A DNA stretch of 63,831 nt, filler included, from Folioceros fuciformis (Eukaryota), in assembly GCA_049999805.1 (NCBI GenBank). It is 5 parts of 5 records of this genome, joined end to end, with 100 filler letters (N's around TTAATTAATTAA, not from the genome) between each part and the next. Parts side by side here need not be neighbours in the genome. Positions count along the whole stretch, not along the records: positions 49,159 to 62,670 come from JBNGIO010005094.1; positions 62,771 to 63,831 come from JBNGIO010005143.1; 3 more parts are not named here. One strand, 5' to 3'. The notes beneath the pieces are model-generated. The model was not told the origin of the DNA. It ran no database searches and saw nothing but the letters and a program-made list of their open reading frames with translations. Both the position numbers and the translations under genes were made by a program. This document shows, piece by piece, positions 59,601 to 63,831 of the stretch (the first letter of the stretch is position 1; each line of letters starts with the position of its first letter).

Positions 59601-61226
59601 CTTTACCCCCAAGGTTGGGAATAAGAGGGAAGTGAGCGGGATTGAGGTTAGAGTGAGAGTAGGTGGAGGAGAAGGGGAGCATAGGGGCAAGATTCCCAAC
59701 GGGAAAGGGGCATACTCAAATTCTAGGGAAGGGGAGGGAAAAGGGAGGCGATGGTATAGAATTTGGCCAGAATTATTCCAGCTCAATCAGCTTCAATGAC
59801 CAACTCTTGCAAGATCTACTCCCACAATATTCACCCTTAGGTGTAGAGTCCATAATCTGCCTATTAATGTACACTCCAACTAAGAACTTGAGACCGGTAT
59901 AAATACACTCTTTGGCATTCATATCTTAGCACTAGCTTTTATGCGCAAAAACTAGTTTTGAACCCAACCTAGCGAATTGCTTACCTATTGCTTGTTGGAT
60001 TCCTTTGTGTGGAATGAACCATAGTAGCAAGGTAGCTTACACATGTAGCAAAAGCTGTATTCAACTAGGAAGGTCCATGTGAACTCCAACAAGGACAAAT
60101 CTTGGCAAAATGTGGCTTAGAGAAGAGCGTAAACAAAGAAGACACTCGATGATTGACATCTTGTTCAAAATTGATGCTTGTGTTTTGGGTGATATTGAAG
60201 TCAATGCGAATTTGTGCAAGGTTTTTAAACCCATGCATGGCTGACAATTTGGATGCATAGTTCAACCCTTTTGTGTGGTTTTGATACATACTCTCGTAGA
60301 CTGAGGTTATGCGAGACTGAGGTTATGCCCTCAATTGTGGATGACGAAACACAGATATGTTGGGAGTTTATGTTAGACCTAGGTTATGCCCTAGTTTCTG
60401 GATGGTGAAATAAATATGGTGGATATGCCCTAGTTTCTAGATGGTGAAATAAATATGGTGGAAAACAAGGAGCCCACACGGTTTTATGTAAAGAGAGTGA
60501 AAAGAAGAGAGGGTAGGGCATGCCATGACACATGGAAAGTCACATGTGTGAAGCATTAGTTGCTTAAGAAATTGAGATGCAGGAAAAGGGATATGATCTC
60601 TCATGCTACATATACCCTCTCATATATATGAATGAACGGCCTAAATAAAATTAAGAATATTATCATGAACTTCATTTTTATAGCCTGTACCAAGTACACA
60701 AACAGGGAACGGGGTATGATCTGCCGGCCCGTTGACCCGTTGGCTCGGACACAAAAGTTATGATGTGTATGTCGGTGATGGCCGCATCGGGAAGCCCTCG
60801 CCGGAGAGGATGGGATTCCCGACGCGGAGTCATCAATCGCATCAATCACTGCTCTCATCATCGGGATGCCCGATGCGGTGATGGTTGTGAAGGTGAAATA
60901 TATGGACCGGAACCCTAAAATTTATTATCACCTGGGTGTTCGGGATGTCTATGTTCAGCTGACATGCGACACGTCCGGTAGTTAAAGTTAACGATTGGTT
61001 CGGCGGGTAGCGCGGGAATGTCTAGAAGAGGATGTTGGGGGAATGGTGGCAACTGCCCACCGCCTCCAGCACCATGGATTCACCTTCGGCGGGTGGAGCA
61101 GGAGGAGCAGCAGGGGCAAGTGACATTGCAAGAAATCGGAGGACACAGCGGTGCTCTCTGCACCACAGGCAGCAGCACCGATATTGGAGCCCGATGAGAG
61201 CGGGTGATTGATGGAACTGCGAGGTC

Positions 61227-62670
61227 ATGGACATGCCCCTCCGGCTGCTGCTGCTCCGCGTGGTGGTGCTGGCGGCAGGCCTGAGCCTAGCAGGCCCCGG
61301 GCTCTGCCATGACGTGAAATTCACGTACTTCCCTAGGGACCAGGGCAAGGGCTACTGCTCCGTCTACTGCGCCTCCGCCACCAACTGCACCGGCAACGAG
61401 GGGTGCAAGATCGACGACGCCACCCGGGACCCCGCCCTCAGCCTCATCCCCTTCGGCATCGGCAACAACCGCGACATCGCCGTGCGCTTCATGCGCGACG
61501 CGGCAGTGCAGCTGTGGGACAAGGACTCGGGGGCCAACGCCTCCGTGCAAACCTTCTTCGTGCTGCGGGTGTCGGGTGTGGTGGGCTACGCTACCGGGGA
61601 TGGCATGACCTTCCTCATGGCGCCCGAGATATCAGTCCCCACGGGCTCCCAGGGCGGGAACCTGGGCCTATTCCCCACCGACCCTGACGGGAACCCCCTC
61701 CCCGGCTCCGACCCCCAGACTCTGGCCATCAAATTCGACACCCACAACAACACCAAGTTCGGGGATCCCTCGGCCCCCTACGTCGGGCTGGCTGTCAACA
61801 CGCTCAGAACCGATGCCTTCGCGGAACTGGACGATGATCTCATCCCGCAGATAGACTTCCTGCACAACAAGTTCGGGGTGTGGGTGGACTACGACGCTCC
61901 CTCCCAGAACCTGCAGGTGGCAATCCTGCTGTGGCCGGAGTTCGGAGGCTTTGATGCCGCCAACGCCCTCAAGAAGAGCGCCAGGGTGGCATTCAACTAC
62001 TCCCTGGACCTGAGGCAGACGCTGGGGTCGTGGTCCTACGTCGGCTTCTCCGCCAGCACCGGCCATGACTTCGAGATCAACGAGATCTTCTACTGGACCT
62101 TCGTTACCACCGGGCTCGGGAGCAAGAAGAAGGCCATACCGACTTGGCTCGAAGCCTGCCTCATCGCCGCCGCGGGGCTGCTGCTGCTGCTGCTCGTTTT
62201 CTGCCTGCCATGGTGCCGCAGATGCTGCTCCTGCCGCCGGCACAAAAAGAAGCGCAAGTCCCTTCTTCCTTCCGTCATGCTAGGGGAGGCTCTGCTGCGT
62301 ATGGCGGCGGCCAGGGGCGGATCAGCATCCGCCCCGCTCGCCCACACGAAGCAGCCGAACTACGCCCGGCCTACGGGCGGGAGCATCCGGAGAGCCCGAC
62401 CCCAGCAGCTTCTAGGGTTACAAGGCGGTCACTCTGCTGCTGCTGCTGATGCGGCGGCGGCGAGGCAGTACCGGGATGTCAGAGCTCCCCCCATTGATGT
62501 GTCTGTCGAGGAGGATGCCGGTGACGAGCAACACGACGCTCGAGCAGCGAGCCCTAGCAAGAGCAAGAGAAACCAGTGGCTCGGCTTCTTTCTTCCTGCC
62601 GACAGTGCTGGTGCTGGGGGTTCTCGATTGGAGGAGCAGAGGAATGCGTCCGTATCATCCAGAAGCGGGA
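61227..62670 (+). CDS. Legume (L-type) lectin receptor-like membrane protein, 3'-partial
   Basis: Signal peptide; ASVQTFF, GDGMTFLMAP, GGNLGLF, LAIKFDT, VWVDYD, YVGFSASTG, IFYWTF; TM ACLIAAAGLLLLLLVFCL; runs into the gap. Confidence 0.85.
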
Positions 62671-62770
62671 NNNNNNNNNNNNNNNNNNNNNNNNNNNNNN
62701 NNNNNNNNNNNNNNTTAATTAATTAANNNNNNNNNNNNNNNNNNNNNNNNNNNNNNNNNNNNNNNNNNNN
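62671..62770. other. Artificial contig linker
   Basis: N44-TTAATTAATTAA-N44. Confidence 0.98.
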
Positions 62771-63831
62771 AGCTATGACCATGTCGATGGGGCCCAAGGC
62801 TTGGATGTGGCCCTGCTGTATATACTGGACGTCCTGAGGTAAGGACGTGAATGTATTAGCCAGAGCCTCAGCTGACAGTTGTTGTGGGAAACGATGTTGT
62901 AGACCCTGCAACCGAAATGCAGCAATTTGCCTGGCAACGAGGTCTTTGTCACAGTAAAGGTACCTTTGAATGCTCAAACCTGTCAAGAGAAAAGCTTCTA
63001 ACCCGGTACAAATACCACCAAACAGTTCAACGACTGTAAGGGCTAGCGCAGCCGGTGCCCATATGATGACAGTATTGTCCACATAAGATGTGGGACAAGA
63101 TGATAGAGTCCCGGCTTCCAACAATTGTTGCATCTTGCTGACCTGCTCTTGTGCCTTGGTCAGCAATGCCTCTGCCTGCTTTGGACAGTCAGGCTGAATT
63201 AGAGCTTGCTGCAAACTAGTACACCTCACTTGGGCCTCTGCAACATTGGTCTCTAGATGCTTGTCCACTTGGTATGTGTCTTGGACAAGCTCCACCACAT
63301 TGCTACTTTTGATACCAACTACAGCCGGGATTTTCACCAAAGTGGCTACATCAACCTCCACCTGGCCATGCAAATCTAATGGCAGATGTGCAATGCGACG
63401 ACCTCCTTGCTTCCAGTCAGGCCTATAGAAGGCTTGCTCAGTCCAGTTATCCACACCAACTCCTGGTGGAAAGAGGAACTCTTGCCCCAACAGCAAATCA
63501 TAGTTGGTGGCTGTGGTTACCAGGCAGGGCAAGGACAATGTCATGGCATCTGGCGTGCCCGAGTTCAAGGTGATGTCCAGGGGTTGGACTGTCTCACCAC
63601 AGACTCGTTCAATAGCCACGGATGCCGTCCTGATGTTCCAAGGCGAGGTATGCAATGCATCACCCTGAAGATGCAACCTTGCAGCTAGAATCTTCCCAAC
63701 GAGTACTGGTTGGGCTCCCGTGTCTAGCAACACCACTCTGGGTGCATACCCATTGATTGTGACGTGCCCACAACGATTGTCAACAACTGCATTGCTGACA
63801 CGAGCTTGCAGTCGATTGGTGGACTGCACTC
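62771..63831 (-). mobile_element. Retrotransposon polyprotein fragment: aspartic protease fused in frame to the N-terminal part of a C5-cytosine DNA methyltransferase
   Basis: Open frame >350 codons; VLLDTGAQ and YDLLLGQEFL (retropepsin); TVVELFGGICTGLEA (motif I), YLYCDKD (II), LPQDV (III), GPIDMVIA (lead-in to motif IV). Confidence 0.8.

Noticed and set aside
62771-63050. Methyltransferase as a bacterial restriction-modification gene or contaminant
   Set aside because: It is in frame with a retropepsin-type protease, which points to a retroelement; contamination is not formally excluded on this short contig.
61227-63831. Apparent neighbourhood of the lectin gene and the protease-DNMT ORF as one system
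   Set aside because: They lie on different contigs separated by a linker.

Overview
Eukaryotic, green-plant-type (streptophyte; short GC-rich introns suggest a bryophyte or streptophyte alga, but the species cannot be determined) genomic DNA. It is made of five contigs joined by artificial 100-bp N44-TTAATTAATTAA-N44 linkers (16665, 38567, 49059, 62671). The first ~40 kb is a deeply nested retrotransposon cluster. It holds at least seven short-LTR Ty1/Copia elements of one lineage (two full-length with TSDs: 7284-13335 and 23796-30422), two Tnt1/Tork-like Copia copies, an Athila-like Ty3/Gypsy with four copies of its LTR, a second Gypsy relic, an L1-like LINE 3' end and a degenerate env-like/coiled-coil accessory ORF. 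The right part is genic: an intronless, divergent AP2/ANT-like ORF, a SAP30/AFR-like gene, two tandem secreted amidases, a Mn-dependent ADP-ribose/CDP-alcohol diphosphatase gene, a legume-lectin receptor-like gene, and at the far end an open frame fusing a retroviral-type aspartic protease to a C5-cytosine DNA methyltransferase. Top candidates for novelty: (1) a retrotransposon polyprotein carrying its own DNA methyltransferase; (2) a Copia lineage that repeatedly carries an extra Arg-rich/coiled-coil ORF between the PBS and gag, plus a 3' antisense ORF and a conserved integrase-tail motif; (3) an intact amidase paralogue lacking its catalytic serines within a reciprocally decayed ADPRM/amidase triplication; (4) an intronless AP2-like gene with a 46-aa loop. 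All protein-family calls are by eye from motifs; no database search was run.
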